Assembly (NCBI GenBank): GCA_036172245.1 | Contig: JAYWIR010000031.1 | Location: forward strand, 1,178,001 to 1,242,000 | Reading direction: 5' to 3' | Length of the DNA stretch: 64,000 nt | From: Raillietiella orientalis | Taxonomy: Eukaryota | Part shown: one piece after another, positions 37,561-51,800 of the stretch | How the letters are laid out: the number at the start of each line of letters is the position of its first letter | Position numbering within the stretch: position 1 is the first letter of the stretch | Position numbers and translations under genes: made by a program | Notes under the pieces: model-generated | The model's input: the letters and a program-made list of their open reading frames with translations, nothing else | What the model was told of the DNA's origin: nothing | Database searches by the model: none

Positions 37561-40500
37561 TGCTGTCCACACTTTACGGGCTCTGTTTTCCCTTTCGTCC
37601 GTTTTCTGTCTGAATCTTATGAGAGCGGATTTCCTTTTTCTTTTTTTTCCTCCCCCCCTGGAGAAAAACTAACACGTCAGAAGCGACTCTGTTCGTGTCT
37701 TCAGGATCAGAGGCTCTCGACTGCGGGGGACAGTTTTCATGCACCGCATATTCAAAAACTCCCAAGTGTGAGATGTGCTGCGGGCTGACCTTGATGCGCA
37801 TGCCAGCGGTCTTTCACTTGGAATGCTACATGATCTTCCATGAAAGGAATGCCGCGATTGTTTCAAGCAGGCTGAGGCCACAATCGATTTTCGAGAAAAG
37901 ATCTTGCATGGATTCGGGAGAGGACGCCCACGTATTGTTTGGATTTTGACTCGAGACAGGAATAGAATATTCTCGAAACAGAAAGATAGCAGATGGTGGT
38001 GCAGAGGATAATGCGACAGCAGCGTTTCCCTCGTTGAATTCTTCTTCTCATCAAAAACCCTTAAAAACTCGGTGCTCCTGTGGCATTCGTCGTTCGCTCT
38101 TTCGTCACTTTTGCTTTTCGTGCCCCTGGCAACAGGATGCTGTTTGTAGTGAGCGCCGCACTCGACAGGATGAATCTTGACAGAAAGAAAGGACGTAAAA
38201 CACATCATGGGACCCATGCGAGAGCACTTCTTAAGCACGTGCGCACATGATGTGGCGATCCTTAGATACCCAGTTGGGGAAAAACGAACGGGATCCGATA
38301 AGGATCATCCAACGAATCGCGCCTCGTATGTACTTTCCTGTTCATTAGGCTGCTGAATCAGTCTCTTGCCACATGCTAGAGGTAGAATCGTAGGACCCCT
38401 GCTGCTGCACTTTTGAACGACAACATACCTCCTGCATCTTCTCTGTTTTCTTACTTTTGAGCTTCTCACGTCTTCCATCGATACTTTGAGTAGTCGGTAG
38501 CACAGATGCAAACTCAGTTCCGTTTCCGAGGTGCTTCACCTGAATAATATGAGCTGGAACTGTTAGCATCTTGCAAAGGCTCGCAATTCGTGATTTCGTC
38601 TTCATGTCTTCCACTCACGATTGCAAATGTTTTCCTGCATATTAGAAGAAAAAAAAATCCACCTCGAAGAGGAGGATGCTTCCAGAACGGAAATGCTTTT
38701 TACCTTCAGAGTCCCATTTTTACCTTCAGCTTGCACGTTTCACGTTCAGAGCTGACTCGGGATGTTTGACTAAGACTGATTCGTTCCTATGGAGTGAATT
38801 TCGAATTTCTCGTCATTGCAGCCCTTTTGGGATTAAAAAGTGGGAAATTCTGAGACTTGTCTCCCATAGTATGAAGGCGGAGGAACCCTCGGGAGCGAGA
38901 TCAAAAGCGTAGGCATGTACAGGGAAACGCAGTCACATCGACTTCCATATAAGGACGCAGATCTCTAAAAGGCAAAATCCGTTCCATTACTGGATAGAAT
39001 CCATTTTGAAAAGCCATGACAAGAAATTGTTCTTTTAGAAAATTCTTTTGCAGATCATAGATCCAATGCATTGGCTTCTCTAGAAATTGTTTCTCTTGAA
39101 TCATGGCAAAGGACCCAATAGAGGTGCTCCTATCCTCACACGCGCGCGGTGGTCTCGTTTCGCAACTGCTAATCTAAAAATCCTCATCGGTTCTCATTAA
39201 GGACACTGGAATATATTTGAAATATTGCATTTTGTGATCTGATTTGCTTGGCTTAGATTTACACTTCTTTAAACCAGCATGTCGCCCTTTTGACTGCAGG
39301 CCAACTAAATCGTGCTTTGAAAAATCAACGTCATTACTGTGAACGTCATGCTTCTCTGGAAAAGACTTTTGGAATAGAAGGACCTCGGTAGAGAGATGGG
39401 AATAGTTATGAGAAAAGTCTTCCTTGCTCCTACTAGAATCACGGTTCAAATGGGGGCTGTAAAGAGGCGTTTGTTGACATGGAATTCTAATCTTCATATT
39501 AAAAAAAAAAAAAAAAAAAACGTTTTCTAAATATTCTCGCATCCACTTCCACTTGCCGACCTGAACGTCCGTTGTTACGAAGAACCGCTCCACAAAGACA
39601 TTCGTGGAAGACATCTGGAAGAGTATCGTTTTCTCCATGGAGCGTCGGTTAAGCAACCTAGCACATAGTCGAAATTTTTTTTTTCATTGATATGAAAAAA
39701 AAAATTTCGACTCATCTGTACCACAGAAGGCATTTATCAGCTGCATCTTGGCCGAAATTCGCTTTAGCAGTGGATTCTGAGTAATCTCTCTGAATTTCAA
39801 AGTAAATCTCAACAAGATCGATAAAGAGTGGACCGAAAAAGAGGAGCAGAATAGAAGGGAAGCCTTCGACCAGCGCATCAGTTGGTTCAAAATAATGCCG
39901 GCCAAGTGATATTCAAACTGCTCCTCTTGTATGGGATTTTGAACATGGCCAAAAAATTGAATGGGCGATTATGGGAAAAGTTTGCCGTCAGCAGCCGCAG
40001 TCAGACAGAAGAGATTTGGACTGATGGGAAAGATTCCTTGCTTGTAAGAGCAGGGTTTCCATAAGGTAGATCTTATACGTAGATAATATTTTGAGAAAAA
40101 GAAACATCTGCTATTGTAAAATAGAATTTGTTACCTAGATAGTGGATAATAAGGGATGCGAGATGCCATTGGTACATGATTCGGAATATATATGCTTAGT
40201 AACATCCCGGATAAATTTCTTTGGTATTTGTACGCCATTGTTTTGGTAATTTCAAACTAAATACTTTTCTTAATTAAGGGTGACGTAATTGAGTTTTCTC
40301 TACAAGATGCAGTCACGAGGAAAAACACAGAGAAATACTCCAATCTTTTGGATTTGAGAGTTCAATTTTTGATTGAAATAGTCTATAACTGTACTGAAAT
40401 CAAAAGTAAATCCTAATTATCAAATAAGCAATTTAAAGGACAACGATTTCAGCTGTTCTTCCCTACCAGCAGATGCTATTACTCCTCAATTTAATCTTAC

Positions 40501-43500
40501 TAAGCCAAAATGAGTTTCTAGGTAATCGTACAATAAATGCACGAATGAGATACATAAATTAGAAACTATAAATAGCAATTAATATTTTGCTTCGCTTAAT
40601 TTTTAATAATCATTACAAAACGTGTTTCGATAAAATGATATCAAGGCAAAGCGCGATTGAGGGTGCTCACTGATGACTTCCCCATTCATATCCACGCTGG
40701 CACGGATTATGGCTTTGGATAGGACATGGATGTACCTTTTGTAGAGACTGTTTCAGCAGGCAGAGTTTAAAGGGATGTGTTGTCTTTGAGCAGAAAGGGA
40801 CAGATTAGGAAGGAAGGAAAAATGGGATGATTGGCTTCAAACTCGGAGGGATGTCGAAAAAAAGTCGTGTTTCCAGAGCGGTGGATCTCGTATTTTCAGG
40901 ATCCAATCGAGGGTACGATTCGAGCAGTCACTCGAATCATAGTGAGGAGGGGCGCGTCCACTTAAATGTGGTGATGCCCACGGACTTGTGGCCGTCTGGT
41001 CATTAAGTTTTGCCGGAAAAGTTCATCTCAAAAATGCACTCCATCTAAATGCTTCCTGATAGCAGTAGAAAGAAAGCATCTTAATCGTTGCTCCCAGAAG
41101 TAAACTTCTCGAACGTTCCGTGAGAATAGTTTCATGATTTAAAACAGTTTACAGGGAAGGATTCTCGAGGTCTTCTAGAAGACTGAAGCATAAGCGGACA
41201 TAAATCTTATAATCAGTCGCAACTGACGAGAATTTGGAAAAAAAACTCTTGAGGTCTCGAGGTACACACATGTGAAGATATCTTTTTCCCTTTGTGGGTT
41301 CCGCTTTTACTTCCGCATGGCGACAGGCATCTGTCCTTGGCAATGACCGGAAACGCATAGCACTTATTTCTCTGGGAGACTTCACCTATCGAAGCGTGTT
41401 TTTACAAAAATCTGCTTAGCAACACAAGAAGTTAAAGAGTTCACCTGGAAAGAGATATCGTGTGGAAACGACCGATAAATCCTGTCCAGAATCTGCCCTT
41501 GGCTACAGGATGCATGGGAGGATCAGTATAGAGGTCACCTTCAGATTCCAAAGCATCAAATTAAGATAGTGGCATTTGTGTGCAGAAACTGCATTTTCGA
41601 GTGTTTCTTATGTTGACAAAGGTTACTGACAGTTTCTTTGTGTACGTCACAAAAACATACAGCATGAAAAAAGTCGACTGACTCCACTTGTTAAATAGGA
41701 AGCAAACGGGATCTGGGGGGGGGGGGATTCTTCAAGGCACTGAACCAAACACCGATCGAAGTGGTTGCCAAGAAGTCGGAACTCTTGACTCCATTCGAAA
41801 TACCCATAGTTACATCATGGTTTTACTCGATGCTTTCATGAGAGTTACATGAGTTACGCGTACACCCCTTGTAAGCCCTATGAATCATTCGAAACGATGT
41901 AAGTGTGGGGACATTGGTGTGCTTCCTCATCATCCGGTAGCAAAAATAACCCGACTAAAACAATTTTAAGGGCGTCGTTCAGGATCAAAAGATAGGATGG
42001 ATGTACAGATTACCAGGAAAAAAGTATACGATTGCAATATGAGTTGACATTCTAAAGAAAATTCAAGAGAAATTCCAATTGCACCCCGTTTTTTCGATTC
42101 GAATCCACCCGGGAAGTGCGGTTTTCGATGGATTCTTAAGCATCGACGTGACCCTCTCTCTGGTTTGTGTATGCTTCTTTTGCACTGCTGGCATCTCATC
42201 CACAGAACTGTTGCAAAGCTGCAATGCTACCGTGGGTGCAATGCAGAGGATAACGCGCCGCTGAGAGGAATGGTTAAAAATCTACCAACTTACAAGGCAC
42301 CTTTCATTTGTGAAAAGGCAAAGGAGCTGATAATCTAAGTACTAATAATCCATACTGTACTCGTGCTTTCACGTACAGCTGTAAAGTAACCTGAAGATAG
42401 ATTTTTGCTACCTAAAAAACATCTGTTGGGCGTAAGTCAAAGCAGGGAGATGATACAGCCGAAGATCAGACTTTCTCGTTCTCATGATCTCGCTCACCCA
42501 ACACTAAATTAAGATGCTTTGTTCCGAGTGTCAGAGAAGAAAACAGAGGTTTCCTAGATGGCAGCTGATGTTACTTCCCGATCTAGATCAGTATATCTCA
42601 AGATGAAAAACCATCAGAAAGCACACCTGAAGTGTAAATAAATCCTTGAGCTTTTGATCCAAATAAGGATGCTATCTTACCAAAAGTGACTGATCCAGTA
42701 CGGTAGAAGAGGCAAGATTTGTCCTTAGGATTCCTTTTCGGTGCTAACGCGCTTTCTAGTTTCGGATCGTTCCTTCTTTTTTTTCCCAAGAGTGCTGCAG
42801 CATCATTCTCTTTACTGGCAGATTTCACCGATGCATATCTTCCTTCATAGAGTAAATCTATGGAAGACTACAAGATCTCCTTTCATCCTGACGCGGCACT
42901 TCTAATGCCACCTGAGATGGTTCCAATGTGTCTTACTCAGTTAGTTTACAAGGAAGTGCAAAGGCGATTTCAAGGGCAATAATAATGCATGATGATGGGA
43001 AATACATGAATTTTGTATCTGTATTTCGTTTACTCGAGACATTTTTCTTACAGTCCATCAGTGGTTTTACTCATGAACTAACAGACAAAGAGGGAATCGA
43101 AAGCCGTGACCTACAGTCTTTTAAATGTATTTCCGTTATTAGGCGCTGTATCGCAATTCACAGATGGTGGTAAGACCATTGGAGGAATAAGCCCAATTTG
43201 CAACAACGTTTCAGGACTCTTTTTGTGGTAGCCAAAGTTTTCTACTGTTCATGTCGCTACATCAGGGCAACTTAAAGGATCGAATGCGGTTTAAATGCGG
43301 ACGCATACATGCGTGTCTTAAAGGGAAATGTTTGCACCAAACATACGAGAATTAGGTGTCCGGCCATAGACTTTTGAAGCTATTCCACTAACTGGATCTT
43401 CTGCGCTACTTCAAGTGACATCTCATGACTTATTCCTCCAGGATCGCGCTTTCCTATTTCGGTTTCATGTCTCTTCCGTTCTTGGTTGTATTTTGCAATG

Positions 43501-44641
43501 TTCCGGATCGCCTGTGAAGTTTAGTAGCTATATTGCATTGAATACACTGTGATCATTGCCATAGCCCTGAGGAAGGAACAATAACCGAAAGAATGTGCCC
43601 AAAAGGAATATTAATGTAAGAAGGAAAGTGTTTACAGTGAATGATAATATGCTTGTTGTCAGCAAACGGTTGATCTGATAGGTTCACGCGCAGACTCCAA
43701 GGTGAGTCTTTCTCTTTGCTCGCAATCCTCTGCATCTTGCTAACCACTCAACTGTAAAAGGAATAGATGGAATTCAGACAATAAAAGAGGTCATCGAATC
43801 GGATATTTCTATCTCAAGAATTTGAGAGTTTCTTTTCTCGAGCGAGGGAGAGTAAATCCCAATTTCCAGAGTGCATGCGTCGGATAACCCATAAAGGTCC
43901 CACCCACAAGGGCATCTTGGATGCAGGATGAACGACTGTTCTCCCTTTCTGAATATGCGTGGCATATTATCAAAATCATCGTGTCTCCTAATCGTTTCTC
44001 AAATCTCCATCACGTGTTAGTTTCAGTTTCTTCTTCTTGCCTTACTTCTCTTCTTTCCTGCTTTCAGTGTCCCACTCTCAGTGGTAAAAGCTTGATTTCA
44101 GCCTTCTTCGGAGATAAAATCCAGACCAGGGTCAACCATGATGCTAACAAGAGAAGGTGATACCATCCTAGAGACTTCACTGGTGACAGTCTCTTTCGTA
44201 GAGCAGCTTTCACATATATTAGATCTGTATTAATTGATTAAATATCCATACGTACAATCAGGAAACTTGTTCAAATAAGGGAGAAGGATGCACAGCATTT
44301 TCAAAATCAATTCCATCATCAAGATGCAAGTGGGAAATTCATGGGAATGTGTTGATAATGCCAAAGGTCAGGTTTATGGAGGACGAAAACCCTCTTGGGT
44401 TGGAGGGAATTTAATAGATCCTCTCGTAAGAATGGTTCGTTTATCCTTCCGTTTAAAGCATGCAAGTCGATGAAGCTGTTTCGAAGGCTCAAGTTGTCGC
44501 TATTTCGTTCCTTCCCTCTGTGTCTCCCTCTTCTGAAAAGAAAGGTCCAAACAGGAAATCTCCCGCGAATTTTAATTCTGGTCACAAGATACTCGAGCCC
44601 CTCGCACATATTGAAAGAAGGAATGGAGTTTGGAGGGAACC

Positions 44642-44648
44642 TATAAAT
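44642..44648 (+). promoter_or_regulatory. TATA box for the 45 kb gene
   Basis: cTATAAAT upstream of a probable 5' UTR with a GT-AG intron (about 44789-44866) and the ATG exon. Confidence 0.55.
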
Positions 44649-44966
44649 GTCCTCATCGGAGCCCCCAAGCTCGGATCTCAGAATGACAAGTACTCGCTTC
44701 ACAAAAGGGCAGTGCCAAGAGAATCGTTGCGCCCACATTGAAATTGAGGAAGAACGTGGCCTGTGTTGAAGGTCTGTTAATCCTACGGGTAAGGAGTTGT
44801 CCTTGGTATCCAAAGGGCGCATCTGAAAGTCAAGAACTGACCCTTTGCTCGCCTACTTTGCCTAGAGCGCTGTCGGATCCATACTAATCCGAACAGTCCA
44901 TGTGGAAGGGTAGCATTCTGTGGGTGCAATCCGATTATTGGCGTAAGGTGCTGAGGACAGTCCATT

Positions 44967-45510
44967 ATGGTAAGTTCGAATTTCCCATTCATTGTCCAAT
45001 TCGCTCCTTCGTGACTGAAAACGAGCAGCGAAACGCTTCCATATGTGATAGTAGTCGTCTTGGAATGTCGAATATGGATCCATGTGGCTTTTTTTTTAGA
45101 ATTCCAATTCCGTGAAAATCTGGATCCCTTTCCTCTTCGTCTTGCATGCTAGTTGCGTTGCCTCGTTCAGGTAACTGACGAAAAGTCAATCGGCGAAGCG
45201 ACTGTTAGATATGAATTTTGCGAAGCGCATTTTTTTCAGATTCAAAAGAATACCCAATCCTCAGTTCCAAGACTATGGTCCCGGTCCAGTTATTCAAGAA
45301 AACCCTATCATAGGGGAAGGTCCTGGACCAGTTATCGCTGGAAGTTCCAATCCAGAAGGACTTCAACCAATTTCTCCCTTTGGCGGTCCTGGTCTCCAGA
45401 TACCCGAAAACCCCATTATAAACGAAGGTCCAATTCTGAATCCTAATCCACTGATTCCAGGAAATCAAGATCCTATTATAAACGAAGGTCCTGGTCCGGT
45501 TATCGTCTGA
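44967..45510 (+). CDS. Secreted Pro/Gly/Ile-rich repeat protein with furin site (about 114 aa; exons 44967-44969, 45100-45170, 45240-45510)
   Basis: ATG|gtaag, then tttttttag|NSNSVKIWIPFLFVLHASCVASF-AG|gtaac, then ttttcag|A. The spliced product reads RFKR followed by IPNPQFQDYGPGPVIQENPIIGEGPGPVIAG...ENPIINEGPILNPNPLIPGNQDPIINEGPGPVIV*. Both introns (130 and 69 nt) are in phase. Confidence 0.88.
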
Positions 45511-48500
45511 GTGACCTGAATTCTGTTCGTTGACATGCATCTGACTGCGCTTTTAAGTAAGCGAGGGTCCTCCCATGAAATGTTAACATCAAAGTGTTCA
45601 GAATACAAACAAATGAAGCAATTTTTTCCTTCTATTAATTCTCAATCTTTGGATATTGATTAATCTTAATGTCCGGGTTTGAAGGTATTGATTCCTGTTA
45701 CTGTGGAACGAATTAAAATACATCTGGTTAATTCTACTTGTTAAACCGTTGAGGTCTGATTGAGAGATATTTCTGGAAATCCTAAACACATGGAATTTCG
45801 AGAGGGGCTGCTGGAAGTGTTATAAGGACAATCGGCTGCTGAAGACAACAGTCCTAAGGAGTGCTCTGCTGTTGAAGTGCCTCAAGAGACAAAGTGCCGG
45901 CCGAAGAATAGCTGCATTCAGACAGACGCACCTAACAACATACGAAATGGTGCTACAGAGAGCTTCGTCCAACTACTGGAGGCAGCTTCCAAGAAAATGT
46001 TCCCTGTTATGAGATCGCATCTGAGATCCATTCTGCTTCTTTGTAGTTATTGCCCATAGCCATTTGGCTTCAGGAAGCAATTACCCTAAGTGACATACAC
46101 TCCAATAGCATGTCATGCTAAGGAGCTCAAAAACTTCCAGAGACTGACATGGTACTTTTAGTTATGATGTAATTTCCTTCTGACGTCTTATCCAGTCCAT
46201 TCGACTGAGATAAGAATGACATGATTTTCTTAAATCTAGTCTTTGGAAGATTGGAAGAGTTGTGTTTCTCATGGGCTATACATAAGGTTGGTTTTTCGTT
46301 CACCAATTCATTACCTAAGTATGTATTGATCCGCCTTGAAAATTTGTGATCTCGAATGGGATCATTCTTTCTGCAATCCCTTAAGAAATATCCAGATGCA
46401 CAAACTCGCGTTTCGAACGTATTCGTATGCTATGACAGAATACGTCTCAGTCATTTAATTTAGAGATTTGGGGACAATTTGCTCTTACATGCTTTAGAAT
46501 CTAAAAAGCGTGGAAGAAACCTTTAAGAAAGAACGCGCCTTGAAGAACAATTTTTGTGCCCATCATTTTACAGAAAAGCATATTTTCGTATGTCACAAAG
46601 AAATTTTGCAAAAAAAACACACACGCACACACAAGTAGGAAGAAATTATATAAATGTGAAGAGCTTCAAAGCAATGGATCCCAGAGACAGCAGTAGCATA
46701 AAAAAAAAAACAGAATTGACATGTGCACAACTACTACAAACTGAAGATTTCCATGTGATAAAAAAGAAAAATCATGAGCTTCCAAAACACTAAGTACTCT
46801 TATTTGTTGAGGAAAAAAAAAAATCGAAATCTCAAATAACAGAGCTGAAATCTGCAGTCAGTTAATCACAAGTGAAAACTACAAACAGATTCAGCAGAGC
46901 GATTCATCCGTGGTCATAGCTCTAGGAGCTTCTCCATGAGAGTAGCTTAAAATGAATGAAAGGCCATGGCAGCTTCCTTTCTTCCAGGCAGTACGGATTC
47001 AGTACGGATCAAAACAAGAGGATCGATCTGCCTCACACTGAAGTAACGAGTTGTGAGGACCGAAGGTGATATAGGCAGCCATCATCATAAGATGGAATAA
47101 CTATAGGACTTGATGAAACTGGTTTTACTCAACAATAACACATGTTCAACATCAAGAGAGAAAACTAGAAGCTTGAGCCTTCCTCGTTCAGATCCATGTC
47201 TGTAACTGCTAGGTTTGAGTATTTGCAAGTAGCTGCTGCTGAAAAAAGTTCAACCCAGCTACACAGAAATGTTTTGCATCTTGAGTTGAAGACCACGGAA
47301 GTGAAATAACTTGTATTTAGGTGACTAAAGAGCTTTGTAAACAGGGTCATTTGCCGCAGTGTTCACAGCTGCGATACACACTTCTAATGCCCCCAGAACA
47401 TAAGGTGGAAAAACATCTCTGGAGATGCTTCGGATAAGACCTTAATGATGCTCCTGTGCAAAAAAAAAGTTCTGGTACAGATGTAGGAAATCATCACTAA
47501 ATTTTGCTCGAATGAGCTCATGATCTCCTGTCAACACTATCGGTCACTCTCTCCCGAGACGAGACAGTGACAGGCAACCACCAACAAATTTGAATTTTTG
47601 TATCACTAGAATAGTTCAAAATGCCTCGAAAGCAGACCTAGGACGCGCAAGACGCAGAATTTTTTTTTAATAATTCTGATATCACATCGGAACTACCGTT
47701 TTGGGAACTAAAAAGCACCACACCTAAAGAGGTCGATATTTTTGTTCCCAAGGTGCCTTTGCAGGACGATTTTCTCTGTAGAAATGAAAATGAACCTGTA
47801 GCTGGCAATAAAATTTTGGAGATAAACAAAATATTGATTATTGATGGAAAAACAATTACCTTTTGTAGAACACCAAACGACTAGTGTGGAAACGCATGTA
47901 CTTAACATTTGAAAGAATTTAGTCGCACAGTGTTTTCAAACATGAGTTCCTATGGGGAGAAGAGTCCTAGCCCAAAGCAATCCTTTGCTATTCAATGTGC
48001 TGTACACAGTGAAATTTCAGAAAATACAAAAAGCGTTTTGAAAATTACATAGGTAGTGGCAGGTATCCAAAAAGCATGCAGAATGTAACTAGACTTGGGA
48101 AAGAGATATCTTTTGCTGCAATTTGCAAAAGTATGTGCTAGGCTGCAAAGCTGCAAAAAAAATTTAAAGACAATTTAAATAAACCTTTGGGAACTACTCT
48201 AGATGCTAGAACAAAGATTAAGCAGTGTTTGATAAAAGTAATGCAGAATGAAATAAAAAAAAATTAAATGTTAAAATTGCCTTCATAACATCTGGAAATG
48301 GCAGACATTTGCACTGAAATTTTATACAGCACCCTGTACTCATGAGTATACAATTGTCGGGGAACGAATAGGTAGTCAAGCAGCTTCAAAGTTTCTCATC
48401 ATAACTCATCATTCCATGCAAACCTATCCACATCAATAAAGTGCTTTAACTAATTGTTGATGTTGCAATATAGACAATCATGTACACCTGATAGGTCTTG

Positions 48501-48800
48501 CAAATTGCATTCGAAACTGAAATTAATTAAAATGTAGAACAAACACAAGGAGTACTGTGTTGCAGCAATGTGAAATTTTCAAAAATTTTAGAGTGGCAAC
48601 TTTTCTGATCTCCTTTGGAAAGTCACTGACAATCTTTGAGCGGATTGCTGGTTAATTTTTCTGCTGGACTAGGATCTTCTTTGCAGAATGATACAGTTTA
48701 TCATGGTACACTTGTGACATCTTTCAGTGAAATCAATTAATTCTGAGTTCATTCTTTTGCACACTAATATTAGTTACCAAAAGCAGCTTTAGATGCCAAA

Positions 48801-48896
48801 GAAATGATGCTTCTCTACAAAATGAATAATATGAAATGATGCTTCTCTACAAAATGAATAATATGAAATGATGCTTCTCTATAAAATGAATAATAT
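48801..48896. repeat. Tandem repeat, 3 x 32 bp
   Basis: Unit gaaatgatgcttctctacaaaatgaataatat. The third copy has one substitution. No spacers. Confidence 0.95.
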
Positions 48897-51800
48897 CCTC
48901 AAGTTAACTCTCTCCATTTGCTTTGGTGTGCTTTGCAGCCTTTGCTCTTCCATAGTTTCTTATTAGTAGTATAATACCATATCAGTGTACGCAGCTTGTT
49001 ACATAGCCAACTTTGACTGCAGTTCTGTAGCCTACAATTTCTTTAATTTTGTTTCCTAAATACAGATAATCAAGAATCTATGAGAGAGAACAATTTTCCA
49101 GTTTTCTATTTTAGCAATTTGGATAACTCCTGAGTATTACTGAAAGTGCATGGATTTACACAGACAAGTTAACTGAATCTCATTCTCTTTGAAACTGCAA
49201 AATTGGAAATTAATTAACTTACATGATCTAAACATAGTTGTAGAAATAAAAATTGTTTTCATGAAAATTCTGGAAACAAACTATTGTACATCCTATTATT
49301 AAATTTTTTTATCTTAATCCTCAGTGCAAGTCTCCAGATTATAACTGTTTTCACAAACAAATCAAGCTATTAAAAATGAGCAGACTCCTTGGAATTTTTT
49401 GTTTTTTCCGGTTATCACCATCTACTTTTATGGAAATTAGATCTTATAGAAATGGCATTTATTCTTCCAAAAACTTGGAAAATACTTTAGAATGTTACAG
49501 ATGCTAGAGTGCATACTGTCTTTATAAAATGTTCACAACCACTTGTTCCCATTTTCACCTGTGACAAAATCTCGTTTTGCACATGTTTCATATTAGATAC
49601 AATTTTCAGTTTCATTTGGAATGCCAGAATGATCATAAAAGATTCTGTGTAATGATATCATCAGCACAAACATCTCTGGAAGAAAAATGGAATTGATTTC
49701 TTTCCCAGTACATTTCTGGCTCTTATTTTAGCTGTCTTGTTCATCTTATAAGAGGTTTGTCATATACATCTTGATATAACTTAAAACTCATGTAGTTATA
49801 TTCTTTGCCTTTGATTTAGGATTGTTTTATATTTTGTCACTGAATTCTTCTTCAGTCAACAAAAGCTGGTCCTTAATTTGGCATCACATATAATTTCATA
49901 CACATTTACCATAGCTGTTAATCTTGGAGATTAGATTTACTGCTTCAATTATTATTGATGTGAAGGAAACTCATCTCATACAATATCTTTAAATTGTTTC
50001 GAAATTATAAAACTGCTTGCTGTGTAAAACAAGAATGACAGATACAAATATAAAGAAATTATCAGCTAATATTCATCTGCTTTATATTTCTTACTGCATG
50101 ACAAGATTACTTTCCAATTCTCTCTGCAAGGAATTTGCGCTGGAACATACTGGAATCCATGAGCAGCATTTGATACAGAGAGTAAAGAATACATCAGTCA
50201 AACAGCACTTCCTGAAATCAAATGAAACATAATTATGCACAATGCACTATGACTCGCCAAATATGATTTTGTAACTCTTGTATAAAATGCAGGAAACTGG
50301 ATTCCTGTCTAATTACGACCATTTCCTGATTCATCTGAAAAAACGAATATTCAGTTTTCCTAATGTTTTTTCAAGCAAATAAACTATTCAAGGTGTCACA
50401 ATTTTTATTTCTTGAAGAGCACTTCTATTCCTTGATTCCGACAATTCTATTCACAGATAACCGGGTGATCATTTTTTTGTTGTGTTTGTTTTTTGCAACA
50501 ACTAATTATTGCCAATCCTCCTTAGAGCAGGCGATAATTAATTACGCGAAACTTTGATGTGCACTTCGAAAAGTTTCGAAAAGCATCTTTCACCTAATGT
50601 GGAGATACCTTCATTGAATGGCGTGCAGTAGGGAAAATTATCTGGAGGTATCAAAACACTACACCTTGATAAGCAGTATACTGTAACCGACCGTTTAAAA
50701 CCCTAACATTTGTGCTTCCATTAATACACTACTATTTTCGTAAAGTCAAAAGCATTTTACTTTATTTTATTCGATGAACTTGTGCTTATCAAGGATTTGT
50801 TTCTTTTGAGACAACTACAGAAGGAGAGCTCAGTATTACCATAAATCAAATGTTCTCAAAATTGGCAAAATTCTCCTGAGAGTTAAAATACTCTATCTCA
50901 AAAAGTAGAGGCCTCAAAAAGTGTGCCCATAAAATTTAGGAAACAATTCTCTCATTCTGGAAATCCGTAACTTGTGCTTCAAGAAAAGTTTTCTATAGCT
51001 TCATTTCTATTAAAGGTAAGCAAAAAGGTCATCTTCAAAGTATCCAAAAGGGATAACTGCAGCCCATCTGCAAAGAGATTTTCACTGTTGATTATTAACA
51101 GCTACTTAGCATACTTTTCTTTTTCCAATATCAAGTTACACTGAGAAAATTTCTGTTTAGACTCTGTATTTAGATTTTTAGGATTTATGCTGATCGGAAT
51201 ATGATTCCATAGATTCTCAATCGATTCAATGGGAATGTAGTGGTGATACATCGGTGCTCAATCTTCATGCTTATTAAACAAGAGACATCCGTGCACCTTA
51301 ATGAAAACTAAATGATTTTAGGGAAAGCAGAAAGAGGAGGATTGTCTACATAACGAAAGTGTATGATATTACGTTCCAAATCAATATTTTGTACGTTATT
51401 TTTGATTTCAGTTGATTTCATATGAAGTGTACTATCTCATTTTTTTTTCACATTTTTTAATAGCTTGTTTGAAGTCTAGCATCCCTTCATATTTTACTTG
51501 GAACTTTTTTTTCTTCCGTTTCGTGTGGTTGTAGTAGCCGCTTCAATAGTTGAAGAGTGATATTGAAATATAATGGAAAAGAAACATATAAAAATACAAC
51601 CACGTAATCCACTATCGCATCAGTCTGGGGATTCAATTTCAAATTTATGAAACTGGATTCCTGCACTCACCATGTAACGTGCATATTCTAATGCTGTCAT
51701 GTGCATTGATATAACACCCAATTTCATTTAAATATGTACTAGTATTCTTCAAAAGATTCAGATTCACTGCAACAGATCCGTTCTTTCATGGATTTTCGAG

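Noticed and set aside
48801..48896. 32-bp repeats as a CRISPR array
   Set aside because: Head-to-tail with no spacers, no cas genes, and a eukaryotic context.
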